Shown one piece after another: positions 11,368 through 24,533 of a stretch of DNA of 64,000 bases (position 1 is its first letter; every line of letters begins with the position of its first letter). Source of the stretch: Octopus vulgaris (Eukaryota); NCBI GenBank assembly GCA_951406725.2, contig OX597815.1, forward strand, positions 205,654,001 to 205,718,000. Direction: 5' to 3'. A program made the translations under genes and the position numbers. Under the pieces are notes generated by a model. The model ran no database searches. It was not told where the DNA came from and saw nothing but the letters and a program-made list of their open reading frames with translations.

Positions 11368-13073
11368 CTGGAGATTAAAACAACAAAAAAAAAAGAATGT
11401 TAAAAATTTCCTGGGACACTGTCACTTTTTAATTTTTGAAGTTATTACTTCAAATGGCAGCAACAAAAAATTTTGGTATTTGGTCACTTAATATGATACA
11501 AATTTCAACATTCATTCTTATGAGCAGACAATATCTCATCAATAGAACATTTTGTTTTTACTAATTAGCCTAACTCTTAAAGGCTTCTGAAACACTTCTC
11601 ATGACAGAATATGAACTTAAAGAAAAGTTTAACAATTCAACTTAGATCAATAACAATTTAATAGCAATGGGTATTATCATTTGCTTTAAGGGATCACTAG
11701 GTTATAAGCAGAACATGCTGTTCTTAAGAATTAAGTGAAGAAATGAAATAATATATGAAATCTTAAGATCTAGTTGTTACAAAATGAACTGAAGAACATG
11801 AGAAAAATTTTCAAACTTTGGATTTGGGACTCTAGACCATCCTAAGATCAGCATGGCAATACCCAGAGCCATCTGAAAAGTACTCTTGCTTGGTATGTAA
11901 AAACGATGTATAAAGGAATTAAATACTGGGTTATAAGTGCAAGCAATAGGCACAAAAATATGAAATTTGAGATAGACTGATGGAGAATCAGGACTTCAGG
12001 CATGACAGATGCAAAAAAATAGTTAGCAGTAAGAGCAGCCATCATGTAATTCGGGAACTGCTCAAATGGCCTTTTTCTGTATTGATTAATTTTTCTCCAT
12101 TGCTTAGTCTTGAAGAACCTGCAAACAGTCAAAGACAACACTTGACCTTTAAGCTAAGGAAAGAAATCACAAATCATGGGTTATCTTTGGACTGAATGCT
12201 TACAGTCAATTGGAGTCTGTTAAAGGCACTCAGGTATCAACTTACAACAGGTACAGTGCTTTGGACAGACTTTCGCAGAGTTTCGGTCAATTCAGTTTCA
12301 CTCACACAGCATAGATTGACCTGAGGCTATGGTAGAAAACATTTACCTAAGGTGTTGCAGAGAAGGATCAAACCTAGAACTATATGGCTGCAAAAACAAG
12401 CTTTTTCATTGCATAGCCATGCTTTCTAGATATAACAGATAGTTTTGAAGTTTTTGGTTGTTTACATCATCAAATGAGTGCTGTGATAGTTGAAGAGAAA
12501 GTAGAGTAACGTAATGGTTGAAGAGAGAGAGTAGAGTAACAAGTATAAGAAAGGAAGGTTAAAGAAGTTCAGTGCCATCTCCTTTGTTCACAAAGGATAT
12601 ATACACACACACATATATATATGTGTGTGTGTGAGAGAGTGTATATAAGAAAATGGTAAAGATTATGAAGACACACAAGTGTGTGATGCTGTATGGTAGT
12701 GAAATTTGGACCCTGAATACAAAGGATCAGCAGTTTGTAAGGGGAGTGTGTTGATTATATGCAACAAGTTTTAAGAAAGGCAGAATCAAAAAGTAGTTGA
12801 GATTTGAAAGCCATTTGCATTAGTATTTACAAGTAAAACATGAAGATAACATGTTTTATATGCAAAAGTTGCTTGTAGTAAGAGATGACTTAGAAAGGTA
12901 TGGGGAAGTTGGAGGCCACAGATGAAATGACAGAAGAGTGACAAAACCCTTTTAGTGCAAACAAACTCTTCTAGCTTTTGACAACATGGGGAAATAGTTA
13001 ATAAAATAACTTGAAACTGAATTGAATGTAAAAAAAGAAAAACATTGCAGGAAGAATAATGATTTTTACTAAC

Positions 13074-13240
13074 TTTTCCTTGTGAGCCATATTATCCAAG
13101 CAGGTTTTCACATACAGGTTGTAATAGTCGATTTGTTCTTCATAGAAAGCCCTTTTATTGTGCAAACTTTTTACTGCACTTCGTAGCCGTATCAATTCCT
13201 GTCTACGCGTATTTCTATAACGCCGTTGGTTGCGAATGTC
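13074..13240 (-). CDS. IQGAP1: IQGAP exon, RasGAP C-terminal domain
   Basis: 167 nt, DIRNQRRYRNTRRQEL...FYEEQIDYYNLYVKTCLDNMAHKE; TAG/GTTAGT. Confidence 0.96.
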
Positions 13241-14152
13241 CTATAGGTGTAAAAGGAAAAGATATTTTTTTTAATTTGAAGTATATAGGACTGATAATAC
13301 AATATGTTTGTACTTGTTCATTTTTCCATGTTAGCTTGAGTTATACAAATATATTTTGAAGGTATTGTTTTATAGCTGGTTGCCCTTCCTGTGGTTAAAT
13401 AAGGGATATCCTGCTTGACATGTCTTTGAAGGTACAAAACCAGCAGTCAACTTGTTAACAGGAGGAAAGGAGAGCAATGTCACCATCCATAGCTAAGTGA
13501 ATTTTCTAAGTGTAAATGTAGCCAAAAACATGCATGCACACACACACATACGTGTGCATGAGCATATATATGCAAGTTCAAGGTTCCTCTCCTGTTTTTC
13601 TTAGTCCTACAAGCCTTCACAGAAAAGTTTTAAAACTGAATGTCCCTGGGGAGTTCTATATACTGATAATCTAGTTCATAAAATGAACTTCACATTACAG
13701 CTATGCCTGCATCTTAAGGATGCTCGACTGCATCTTAATCCATTTGATGGATTAAGTATATTAACTTTCGAATGTCCATAGCATGAATACTTTCAATTTA
13801 GGTAAACTTGATAATAATGTAACAGAGAAGTTAAAAATACAATGAAATGATTATCCTGCATATAACCATTAACACCTCAAAATTAGTATTATCTTAAAAA
13901 GCAACAGTTTCACATGGTTTGCAAGTAATTCTCAATTGATTGAGCTAATTAAATTAATAATGAAGATGTTTGATATTCCTTAAAAAAAGTCAAGATGTTT
14001 TTTCCTTTCTCACATTTAATATGTAACATGAGAAATTTTATCAAAAGACTTGAAGTCATATTAGATTGGGTTAAATACTATCCTGTCTGTTTGCTCTTTG
14101 GAATTCATTAATGTTTTTTTACAGCAAGTATTTTGTTTAAAAAAATATTTAC

Positions 14153-14267
14153 CCGTGCAATAGAATTAATGATGTCTTGGTATTTATTTTTTCGAGTTAC
14201 TAAATTGGCAAGTTCAAGATTTTGGAGATTCTTTTTAATTTTTCCTTTCATCATTTCCAGGGGTAGC
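14153..14267 (-). CDS. IQGAP1: IQGAP exon, RasGAP C-terminal domain
   Basis: 115 nt, LPLEMMKGKIKKNLQNLELANLVTRKNKYQDIINSIAR; TAG/GTAAAT. Confidence 0.95.
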
Positions 14268-14464
14268 CTATAAAGAAAAATGAAAATATTCACTTATGCA
14301 TTTCAGAACTGTTGATATGAAGTTTGAACAAATGCATTTTGTATTTATACCAACATTGTTTTACATCATCTTTGTAACTTTAATTACTCTTTGTTAAACT
14401 GCTTTATTACATAATCTTTTATGACATTAAATACTTTTTTTTAACGACATTGTTTTACTAAATA

Positions 14465-14663
14465 CAGTAGAACCTCGGTTTTCAAACAACTCTGATCACG
14501 AACAAATCGTACTTTATCTCGTCTTTCTCATATTCATTTAATACAGTCATACCTCGGTTTACAAATGCCTCTGATCACGAATAAATTGTACTTTATATCT
14601 ATCTATCTATAAAGCATGATTCATTTGTGATCAGAGTTGTTCAAAAACTCTGAGGTACTACTG
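14465..14663. mobile_element. Tigger/pogo-like MITE with duplicated left end
   Basis: TA|CAGTAGAACCTCGG at 14465, a second TA|CAGTCATACCTCGG at 14544, right end GAGGTACTACTG|TA. Confidence 0.72.
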
Positions 14664-15079
14664 TAATCATAATCAAGGCTAATGTTAAATTTGTTCATTT
14701 TACATCCATTTTCTTTTCGAATAAACATGGGTTAGACAAACATTAAATTGAAGCATTGCTTAACAACGAGATAGTCTTCATACCATCAAAGGTGAGCAGC
14801 AAGTGGATGATTTGTTGGCAGAAATAACAACAACATAGCTTGCAACTCACAGCTTTCCAAGTAAGTTAACACAGAATACATAACAGGCAGTTTGCAGTTT
14901 CTGTCTCCCAAATTTACAAGGCTTTGATTTGTCCAAAGCAATAATAGATGACACTTACCCAAGGTGCCATGTATTGGGGTTAAACACAGATTCACATGGC
15001 TGGGAAGCAAACTTCATAACCACACAAGGTATAATTCAGAGTCAATGACAATATATTTTGAAGAAGAATAAAATCTCTA

Positions 15080-15725
15080 TTGTTATATTTCGGAATGGTC
15101 ATTTTGCCAGTTTAGCCAATAAAAACACACGCACTATATATTTGGTGTTACTTTGCTTCAGTGTTATTTATTTTTTACATTAATCTTAATCTTATTTCGG
15201 CCAGAGTTCTTTCGTCACTCTCCTGTGACTGCATCAGTGGTCCTTTGTTTTCTTCTTTCTTATTTGTGTCTCTCCTTACTAACCGTCAGCCATTTTGTAT
15301 TTCTATTGTATGTCTTCATTTGCGCATGCGTATATCTCTATGTGCGTCTATGTTTATTTAGTGTGTATCTTCTGTTTATATACATTCATGTAATTTATTG
15401 TTGTTTATTCTTATTTTGTTCATGTGTTTACATCCACTTATTATTATCATTACATATGCTTGTATGTATGTATAACAACAATACTAGTAATAATAATAAT
15501 AAATTGAAAAAAAAAATAATAGTTATTTATTTCTATTAGTTTATCTATCTGTGTATTTATTATGTTTTCAGGATCCTCTACCGTCATATGTTGTGGTGTG
15601 TGCTAGTGTTCCATTCTAGTTTTCTATTCAAGCTAGGTTTATTTTCTATTATGTGTGTAGCTTCTGTAATTTGTCTGATTGTTGCATCTGTTCTATGTGT
15701 GGACAATATTTTAATTTCTCTGTTA
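15080..15725 (-). mobile_element. Penelope-like element 3' end (GIY-YIG C-terminus plus pLTR/3' region)
   Basis: 15718-15584 encodes EIKILSTHRTDATIRQITEATHIIENKPSLNRKLEWNTSTHHNI* (R..EA..I....P.LN motif of GIY-YIG endonucleases); hammerhead-like motif downstream. Boundaries approximate. Confidence 0.72.
15199..15243 (-). ncRNA. Minimal type I hammerhead ribozyme-like motif (A9-to-C variant)
   Basis: GGACCA CUGAUGC A GUCAC aggaga GUGAC GAAA GAAC UC UGGCC: stem I with a 1-nt bulge, 5-bp stem II, vestigial stem III, CUC cleavage triplet. Confidence 0.6.
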
Positions 15726-15772
15726 CTTGAAAATGATTTCATTTTGTCACTAAAAGTACGAACACAACTTAC

Positions 15773-15876
15773 CTGTTGTCACCCAACAGAGATGTTTGTC
15801 TCTCTAATTTTCCTTGATTGGAAGCTTTTTTATCTATCAGGTCACGCTTTTTAATCAATGCTTGGTGAATGTCTTC
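15773..15876 (-). CDS. IQGAP1: IQGAP exon
   Basis: 104 nt, EDIHQALIKKRDLIDKKASNQGKLERQTSLLGDN; CAG/GTAAGT. Confidence 0.92.
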
Positions 15877-16799
15877 CTGAAATGCAAAACATTTAAAAAA
15901 TGAAAGTGGTAGCTATCTGGGACAATGTTTATTATATAATATCAATACTTAAAAGACACACAACCTTACAATAGATTAAATAAGTTTTCCCTCAACTAAA
16001 ACTATAAATCAAGAGGCTTAGAAAAATTCTCAAATTCAAGTTTGTTTTTAAAGGAAACAGTTGAATGTAAGAAGAAAAAAAATTTAATTTGCATTTTAGA
16101 TAAAGTTGCAACAAAACAAAATAATGCAATCAAGGATTTGATTATTTATTCTTAACGGGTTCTGGCAGATTCAAATGCAGGCATATATAGTTGTTGCTGT
16201 TGTGTACATCACTGGAGAACAATTTTTACCTTTTGCAACAACATATTCACAACACATTTGGTTCACTGGCACAAGGTATTCTGGAACACCAATGTTTCAA
16301 CATGTGTCTCACCAGCCAGAAGTACCCAGACCATTAAGCCTAAACAAGCCACTGGTTTGGTTTATAATTTCAGCAAACAAAAGTGTTTGCCAATTAGTGC
16401 TTATATCTGCCAACCTGGTATCGTATGACACCCACATCAGTGATAGGTCATAAAAGTGAGATTATGTCACATCTTCCACTTGGAGACTAGTGTGGCACCT
16501 TGGGCAAGTGCTAGCAACCCTTTAGTCTCTCATGCCAGGGATATGGTAAGGACAGTAGCAGCAGGATGTTGGATAACTGACAAGACAGAAGAGTCCTAGA
16601 CCAACAGCTTGAAGATTATTACAGCCAAGCAGAAGATCTCTATCATCAGACAATGATTGGATGTAAACTAGCAAACATGTTGCTGCTGTGGAGGCTCAGA
16701 GAGACAGTCTGATGGGAGTAATGCTGTCAACTGCCTTACCATCCAAGGCATTTTGTTCCTGAACAGAACAGTCAACATCAACTTACAATGGATAGCCAA

Positions 16800-17046
16800 A
16801 AAAAGCACCATCCGATTGTGGCCGTTTGCCAGCCTCGTCTGGCACCTGTGCAGGTGGCACGTAAAAAGCATCCACTACACTCTTGGAGTGGTTGGTGTTA
16901 GGAAGGGCATCCAGCTGTAGAAACACTGCCAGATCAGACTGGGCCTGGCGCAGCCTTCTGGCTTCCCAGCTCCCAGTTGAACCGTCCAACCCATGCTAGC
17001 ATGGAGAACGGACGTTAAACGATGATGATGATGATGATGATGATGA
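16800..17046 (+). mobile_element. SINE-like retro-repeat (family C) with (GAT)n tail
   Basis: GGAAGGGCATCCAGCTGTAGAAAC...GACGTTAAAC(GAT)n; other copies at about 19940-20216, 31057-31228, 41690-41883 and 45630-45965 (-). Confidence 0.8.
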
Positions 17047-17267
17047 ATAAAAATTGTTATTTGCACCATGCACAGCAAGATTTGAAATGATTCGCATATT
17101 TATTTTTAATGCATTCTGGCAGATTCAAATCCAAAATATGCTAGCTGCTGTTGGGTACATGCAAATAATGATATTTTTAAAAATAGAGCAATTATAAACA
17201 TTTAGTAATGTTTTAGTTTTAAAATACATCATGACAACAAACTATTAGATTAAAGTATTCTCCTTAC

Positions 17268-17355
17268 TTGTTCATCTGTCGATGGTACTTCCAAAATCTG
17301 CGAAAGAGTTTCTCCAGATTGGCATGCTATTACATCAACTATCATTTTCTTTGTT
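17268..17355 (-). CDS. IQGAP1: IQGAP exon
   Basis: 88 nt, TKKMIVDVIACQSGETLSQILEVPSTDEQ; TAG/GTAAGG. Confidence 0.94.
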
Positions 17356-17825
17356 CTAAAAAAAAGTTAGTAAAAAAAAATTTAAGTAAGTTAAATTATA
17401 GAAGCATTTCAATGACCACAGATTTAATCTTAAAAAGAAAAGAAAAAGTACACAAATTTATTGAAAAAAAACAACAACAAAACAATCTGGTCTCCATCTT
17501 CGCAAAATAGATTGATAAGAATAGAAGTTGTGTTGTAGTCACTGAAAGTATAAGAATATTTTGAAGATATTCTTAAAAAAAATTCACCAATGATTATTAT
17601 TATTTGGAAACTGACAGAACATTTGCATGTTAGTTTAGTAAAAAGAGAAATAAATGTATTTAGCTGGGTAGACTGAAGTATGTTGAGTGATGTGTTTGTG
17701 TATGAAGGGATTGTAGCTGCGTGATTTTTTAACTAATGATCATGTGGTTAGTAGCCAAATAGTTTTATCTCTCAAATATCTATATAAATGGAAAAGATAC
17801 AAAATAAAAAAAATAACAAAATTAC

Positions 17826-17970
17826 CTGATCATCATTCCTTTAATGTCAGACATATCGTCGTCAGGGACCTCAAATTTATTCATTAAAGTGAGAGTAATT
17901 TCAGTTTTAGCCAACTGAGCTCGTACACTCTCATCTAGGCCATCTTCACCCCCTGCATTGATCTCGGCAC
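17826..17970 (-). CDS. IQGAP1: IQGAP exon
   Basis: 145 nt, AEINAGGEDG...LAKTEITLTLMNKFEVPDDD...; TAG/GTAATT. Confidence 0.94.
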
Positions 17971-18319
17971 CTAAAAATTGAAATAAAATTTCATTCCAAC
18001 ACTGATATTGGAGACTAGATATTTTCTTTATTATTTTCTTATTGTAAACTTCTTAAAGACTCAAAATGGCATTTTAACTCAAGCAATAAATATGGATTAA
18101 ATTTTATTCAAATTGTTGGTGAAATTGTTTTTTTTTGTACATGAACATCCTAATATCAGCTATTTAACTTTGTAATGAAAAGAAATAATATACTTTTTCA
18201 AAATGAAAACGGTCATTAATATTTTTTTCAATATCATAAGCTTCACAGAGAAATTCTAGTGTTAAATTTTGTTGTTTAACTATTGGGATACTGAAGTTTT
18301 AAGAATATGAATCTACTCT

Positions 18320-18538
18320 TTACTCTCTTACTTGTTTCAGTCATTTGACTGCGGCCATGCTGGAGCACCACCTTTTTAATCGAGCAACTTGACCCCAGGA
18401 CTTATTCTTTTGTAAGCCCAGTACTTATTCTATCGGTCTCTTTTGCTGAACCGCTAGGTGACAGGGACATAAACACACCAGCATCGGTTGTCAAGCAATG
18501 CTAAAGGGGCAAACATAGATACACACACACACACATGC

Positions 18539-18576
<38 letters not shown>

Positions 18577-18680
18577 GACAGGCTTCTTTCAGATTCCGTC
18601 TACCAAATCCACTCACAAGGCTTTGGTTGGCCCGAGGCTATAGTAGAAGACACTTGCCCAATGTGCCACGCAGTGGGACT
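18320..18680 (-). mobile_element. tRNA-derived SINE (family A), head truncated
   Basis: Family A body (cagtcatttgactgcggccatgctggagcac...gacacttgccca). Confidence 0.85.
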
Positions 18681-19522
18681 GTTATTAAATTACTATTACA
18701 AGGGATGAATCTAAGCTCTTTTTTGTGCCCTTTTTCAAGCCTAGCCAGGCTCATGGGCCCAGTTTCTGTGGCGTATGTGTTCCCTGCAGCTGGACGGGAT
18801 GCCAGTCCATCGCAGCGTTACCCAAGAAACAGGAAGAAAGAGTGAGAGAAAATTGGGGCGAAAGAGTACAACAGGGGCCACCCCCCCCCCTGCCAGAGCC
18901 TCATGGAGCTTTAGGTGTTTTTGCTTAATAAACACACACAACGCCTGGTCTGGGAATCGAAACTGCGATCCTCCGACCGCGAGTCCGCTGCCCTAAACAC
19001 TGGGTCATTGCTCCTCCACGTATCTGAGCTCATAACTTAAATATCTAATCATTTGCTGAGAGGATAATTTAAATTCCTGCTCTTAACTATAAACATTTGC
19101 ATTTATTATTTTCCTTACAGAAAATGATTTTCAATTTCAAATGACTGAAAAAAAAAACCAAAAAACAAAAGACGCATCTTGGAGAAAATTGATTTTTTTG
19201 CAATTACAGCATAAAAGAGTCAGTTTAGCCATTTAAAAGTACAAGAAACTGCTATTTCCACTATTCTTAAGTTACCAAAATCTTTCACCGTACTATTATG
19301 ATCCAGTTCCACTAGAACTATCACAATGGTCAGGTTGCAGCTGTGCAAAACCTCACAAAATAAATTAACAGTTAATTTAACAGATTTCATGAGTGTCGAA
19401 ATGGCTAAAATGGTTCTTTTTATGATGTAATTGCTTCAGTTTTATTCTTGTTCTCAGAGCATGTCATTTGTCAAAGAAGCACAATCTTAAAATAATCTTT
19501 CCGAAAAAAGGAATATTCTTAC

Positions 19523-19625
19523 CTAATAAAGCATCAACCGTGGGGCACTCCCCAAGATCTTCCAGCAGTTCATGTAGTGAATCATTATGATCTGGTGCAA
19601 TGGTATCTTGATGTTTCAGTAAAAG
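19523..19625 (-). CDS. IQGAP1: IQGAP exon
   Basis: 103 nt, LLLKHQDTIAPDHNDSLHELLEDLGECPTVDALL; CAG/GTAAGA. Confidence 0.95.
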
Positions 19626-20472
19626 CTGCAAATAAAATAAAAGATTATTTATTTATCAAATTATCTGTATTTCAGAAGATTTTTTTCTTCTTTCCCTCTT
19701 AAGAAATTTCTTCCAAATTAAATGACACGAATGTATGAAAACTATGTGGAAGCCTGTTGTATGTACATCTATCTATCTATCTACTTACCTGTCCGTCTGT
19801 CTATGATTGTGTATGTGTGTTTCTCCTCCATTTGGTTCACTAAACCCTTCAAAGTGGTGCCCAAGCATGGCTGCTGTCTAATGACTGATTGAAGTGAAAG
19901 TATCAAATTATTCTGTTTATATATTTCATCAAAATGAAAATCAAATGGAAATTGTAGTTAAGATACCCATGCCGGTGACACATTAAAAGCACCAACCAAT
20001 CATGGCCGTTTGCCAGCCTCCCCTGGCCCCTGTGCCGGTGGCACGTAAAAAGCACCCACTACACTCATGGAGTGGTTGGTGTTAGGAAGGGCATCCAGCT
20101 GTAGAAACACTGCCAGCTCAAACTGGAACCTGGTGCAGCCTCCTGGCTTCCCAGACCCCAGTCGATCCATCCAACCTATGCTAGCAAGGAAAACGGATGT
20201 TAAACGATGATGATGATATTACATAACTTTCTATGAAACACTTTCCAAATAGAAAAATCAAACACTGATCGACTGACTAGATATTCTAACAATAAATAAC
20301 TACATTATAAATATTAACCTTCATTATCGTATTCTAACATAGAATGTAAAAAATTATTTAAACTAAGATATAACAACATACTAACAACTGACTTTGAAAA
20401 CAAACAAACCAACAGAGTAATAATGCAATCTGGTTTTTACATGAAATATTTAGTGATACAGTAAATACTAAC

Positions 20473-20605
20473 TTGGTGAGTATCACAGATTTCTTGAACA
20501 GACATGTAGATTACTGGCTTTGACACCATAGTGGCATCCGTATATTGGTCGATGTTAAACTTATTTTCTAAGTCTTCAACTTCACAAGCCATTTGGAAAA
20601 AGTTT
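20473..20605 (-). CDS. IQGAP1: IQGAP exon
   Basis: 133 nt, NFFQMACEVEDLENKFNIDQYTDATMVSKPVIYMSVQEICDTHQ; CAG/GTTAGT. Confidence 0.95.
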
Positions 20606-21074
20606 CTGAAATAGCATTTAAAAAAAACAAAAAAATTATTATAATCAAGTAATTTCTCTATAACAAATTAGAACACTATTAAACTTATACTTATCATTAA
20701 GATTGCTCTGTCATATATAATGCTTAATTTTTAGGGTGACATTGGTGGGTAGGAGTGAGAAGCCTGATCTAGCTAGTTTGAACATAAAACACAGGTAGAA
20801 TATTTGGGTCAGATATGGCTGGTTTAAATGCTAAAGGGTTAGATCAATGTTTAATTATAGATGACAATATCTTTTGACTTCGGTAAGAGCAATTTGTATC
20901 AGTAAACTACAATAAGTGGTCTGTTTAAAAGAATTGGCAAAATGACTGCCCCTCTCCCCCAACACAGCAATAAGAACAAATAAATATTTTACATTTGCAA
21001 GCTGTATAAACCAACAAGTATTTAATGACCAAGAGGTAAATCTTGAAAGCTTTTTACACAAAATTCTTTCATTA

Positions 21075-21435
21075 GGCATAGGAGTGGCTGTGTGGTAAGT
21101 AGCTTGCTTACCAACCGCATGGTTCCGGGTTTAGTCCCACTGTGTGGCACCTTGGGCAAGTGTCTTCTACTATAGCCTCGGGCTGACAAAAAACTTGTGA
21201 GTGGATTTGGTAGACAGAAACTGAAAGAAGCCCATCATATATATGTATGTGTGTCTGTGTTTGTCCCCTACCATCGCTTGACAACCAATGGTGGTGTGTT
21301 TACGTCTCCGTAACTTAGCGGTTTGGCAAAAGAGACCGATAGAATAAGTACTAGCCTTACAAAGAATAAGTCCTGGGGTCGATTTGCTCGACTAAAGGCG
21401 GTGCTCCAGTCAAATGACTGAAACAAGTAAAAGAG
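21075..21435 (+). mobile_element. tRNA-derived SINE (family A)
   Basis: GGCATAGGAGTGGCTGTGTGG...GAAACAAGTAAAAGAG; opposite orientation to neighbouring copies. Confidence 0.85.
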
Positions 21436-21472
21436 TATTAAAAAAAGAAAAAGCTAAAATGAAAATACTCAC

Positions 21473-21540
21473 TTGAATTTTTTATGAGCTTCTCTGATGT
21501 AATCATTCATACAAGAAAGATGGCTACTATCACCAGCAAA
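21473..21540 (-). CDS. IQGAP1: IQGAP exon, GRD
   Basis: 68 nt, FAGDSSHLSCMNDYIREAHKKF; TAG/GTGAGT. Confidence 0.94.
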
Positions 21541-21711
21541 CTATAAGGATTCAATTAAAAAAACAAAAATAAAAAAAGGATATATTTACATTCTTGCTTC
21601 ACAAGTCAAATGACAAAACCTAACCATTCCAAAATTAAAGTGAATGCAAACCTCACCAGCTTAATTAATAAAACTGAACAATTTTTGTTTTTGAAATTAA
21701 AATCTAGAATA

Positions 21712-22091
21712 TCTTTATATATCAAAGTGAGGTTTTGTGCTGTCTGTCTCCTACGATTTAGATTCCTAACTACTCCCACATTTTGCGGTGCAGTTTAACC
21801 AAAACCGGGTATCTTATAGTCGTGATTCATATCGAGCCCTTCTGGGTATTAGCGCGCGTCTACGATGAGTCTACGATTTTAAAAAAAATTTACCAACAAT
21901 TTTTCCCATTTTAATGCATTTTTGGCATAGTAACTCTCTAAAAGTTTATTATTAAATCTCAGAACGTAAAAAGCTACAGTAACCCCCCCCCCCCCCTTTG
22001 TGGTTAACCATATTGAGATGGCTATTATACTTTACATCTCTAAAAATGCTTATATAGTTATTTCCCTTACAAACCCGAGCAATGCCGCTAG
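21712..22091 (+). mobile_element. Non-autonomous Helitron
   Basis: A|TC start, partial subterminal hairpin CCCGAGCAATGCCG, CTAG|T end, no TSD. Confidence 0.78.
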
Positions 22092-22229
22092 TTATTCCTA
22101 AAATATACGACATGGCCATGTAGTTAAGAAATTTGCTTTGGTTTACCAAAATTTGATATTGACCATTTACAAATTAAAGAGGTTTATATAAATTTTTTAA
22201 GATATAAAGAACTAGTAAGATGATCTCAC

Positions 22230-22394
22230 CCCCTTGTTAGATGCAGCAAATTGAAGGATCTTAGCAATTGATCCAAGATTCCTCCGCTGGTCAGCACTAA
22301 GAGCTTTGTTGGCGCCGACATCGATAATATCAAAAGCATCTGGGGCTACGATGGCAGAGTTTATGTAGCGGTAATAGATAAGGTTACCAACAAT
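22230..22394 (-). CDS. IQGAP1: IQGAP exon, GRD (YYR in place of RasGAP FLR)
   Basis: 165 nt, IVGNLIYYRYINSAIVAPDAFDII...QRRNLGSIAKILQFAASNKG; CAG/GTGAGA. Confidence 0.97.
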
Positions 22395-24312
22395 CTGCAA
22401 AGAAAAACAAAACCATTCTATAGTAAAATACTAAGTACCAATATAACATGGTTTTCACTGAATATAAAAAAAACACAACAAAAAATGGTGAATAGAGTAC
22501 AATAGATTAATAAAATATTTTAATGATAGTATAACATTTCTTTATAATGGCAAATAATATATACCCAGATAATAATATTATAATGAAATATGTATTTTAG
22601 ATAAACGGAATTTATCAAACAAAAAAAATGTAAGATCTTGGGAAGTTGCACAAACTAAACAAACATTAATATACAAATACAATAAATATTTCTTGTAAAA
22701 AAAATAAAAAAAATAATTCAAGATTAGATAACTCTGGATAAAGATACATACAAGAAAATCCATGGAGAAACTCAGATGTTTATTATTAAATGATGGTAGT
22801 TGAGATGTATAATATATACGTTTCATATTAAGTCTCCTAGCTAATACTCATCTTTGTTACTATCCAACACTACCTTTCTCTTCACTACTCTCTCTCTCTC
22901 TCTCTCATCATGTTACCTGATTAACAAGGGATGTAACACATTCGGATCGTTCACTTTCAATCACCTCCTTATCATTGCTTGGCATTATTGCTAACCATCT
23001 CTCTCTCTCTCTCTAATTTTTCTCTCACACATTACAGACATTCATTAAGCAATCAGTCTCTTCTATTAGTCTTTTCCTCATCATGTCACTTCAGTAAATT
23101 CTGAGTCCAAGATGCAGTTGTCGCATAAGTTCAAGAAGCTAAGTTGTTTTTATATTTACATTTAAAGCTCCCTCGTTCTTACTGCTTTTATTTTATTTCC
23201 TTAACGGCATCCAAAATGCATCATCTTTTTCTCTCCCCAACCACACTCTCGCTTATGTTGCTTCTATTCAACATCCTTACCAACAATTGTCATCTAGCTC
23301 TCTCACTCACTCTTCCTATCCACTTGTGTGAGAAAGGAATGAATAAAAGGAGACAATGTAAAGCAGAGAGGAATATTTAATTGTAACAGGGAGACGACAA
23401 CTCTCCTGCTGGTACAAAGATAGAATGCACCTAGTGTATACTCAGTAAAGTGGTTGGCAATAAGAGCATCCAGCAGTAGAAACCATACTACAAATGTAAT
23501 ATATGAATGAGATGCAGTCCCTGACCTATCTCAGAACTGACTTAAATCATCATGACCAGTCCAACCAATGCCACCATAGAAAAGCAAATCTAACAGGATA
23601 ATGATAAAATAGGTTGGGATATACATAACATTTTTTCTTCCTATTTTGTTACAGGTTTTAAACAAGGAAAAATAAGAAATACCAAATAAAAAGTTTAAAA
23701 ATTATTAAAACCAAAATATATTTCAAGAGAGATAGACCAGCAAAACAGAACTAGTATGATACTTGACTGAAGTAAGCATAAAATATATATTCATTGGAGC
23801 TAAAAACCTGATAGCTAATACATTTAACACCCATTTTTGTAGTTAATGAATGTGGATTTTTTTATTTTGTAAGTGATAAGGTTTGAAAGTCTTATTGACA
23901 TTAGTTTAAACATGCACAAATTTAAATTAGCTGAAAATACAAGGAAAATCACATTCTAATGTATAAAAAATAAGAAAGCATCACCAAATACCATGCACAA
24001 CATAAGTAGTTGATCTAAAATCAACAGGTTCAGAATTCATTATTTATGAAGAGGAACAAAAAGGAAATTAAAAAATTAACTAAGATCAATCAGTATCTAA
24101 TGGGATGTAAATAGAAATGAAAATACAAAAATGCATAATACACAAAACAAAATTATGTAATGTTGAGATGAAAACCATTTCTTGAAGATCCTAGATTATT
24201 TTCCTTTTAGAAAAAGAAAGAGAATTTTATAATGGAAGGATGTGACAGTCACTACAAGTCTGCAATAACAGCAAACAGCAATGAAGAGGTAACCACTTAG
24301 TTTAGTTCTTAA

Positions 24313-24533
24313 CCCTTTCGTTACTGTATTTATTTTGAGATGCTCTGTGTTTCTTTCAATTACTTTAAATATAACAAAGAATTTAGTAAAATAATTTTGG
24401 TATCATTCAGCTGGTGTTAAGAACATAAATTGTGACTAAGGTTTGGTGGAAGATTTTAATTCAAAACTCATGAAAACAAGACATTTGTACTACAGAGCCA
24501 GAGCCGGTTTCAGCCGGGTTGGTAACAAAAGGG
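24313..24533. mobile_element. piggyBac-like MITE
   Basis: TTAA|CCCTTTCGTTAC ... GTAACAAAAGGG|TTAA. Confidence 0.82.

Noticed and set aside
21075-21150. tRNA-like A/B boxes
   Set aside because: SINE heads; no acceptor stem or complete cloverleaf, and they continue into the SINE body.
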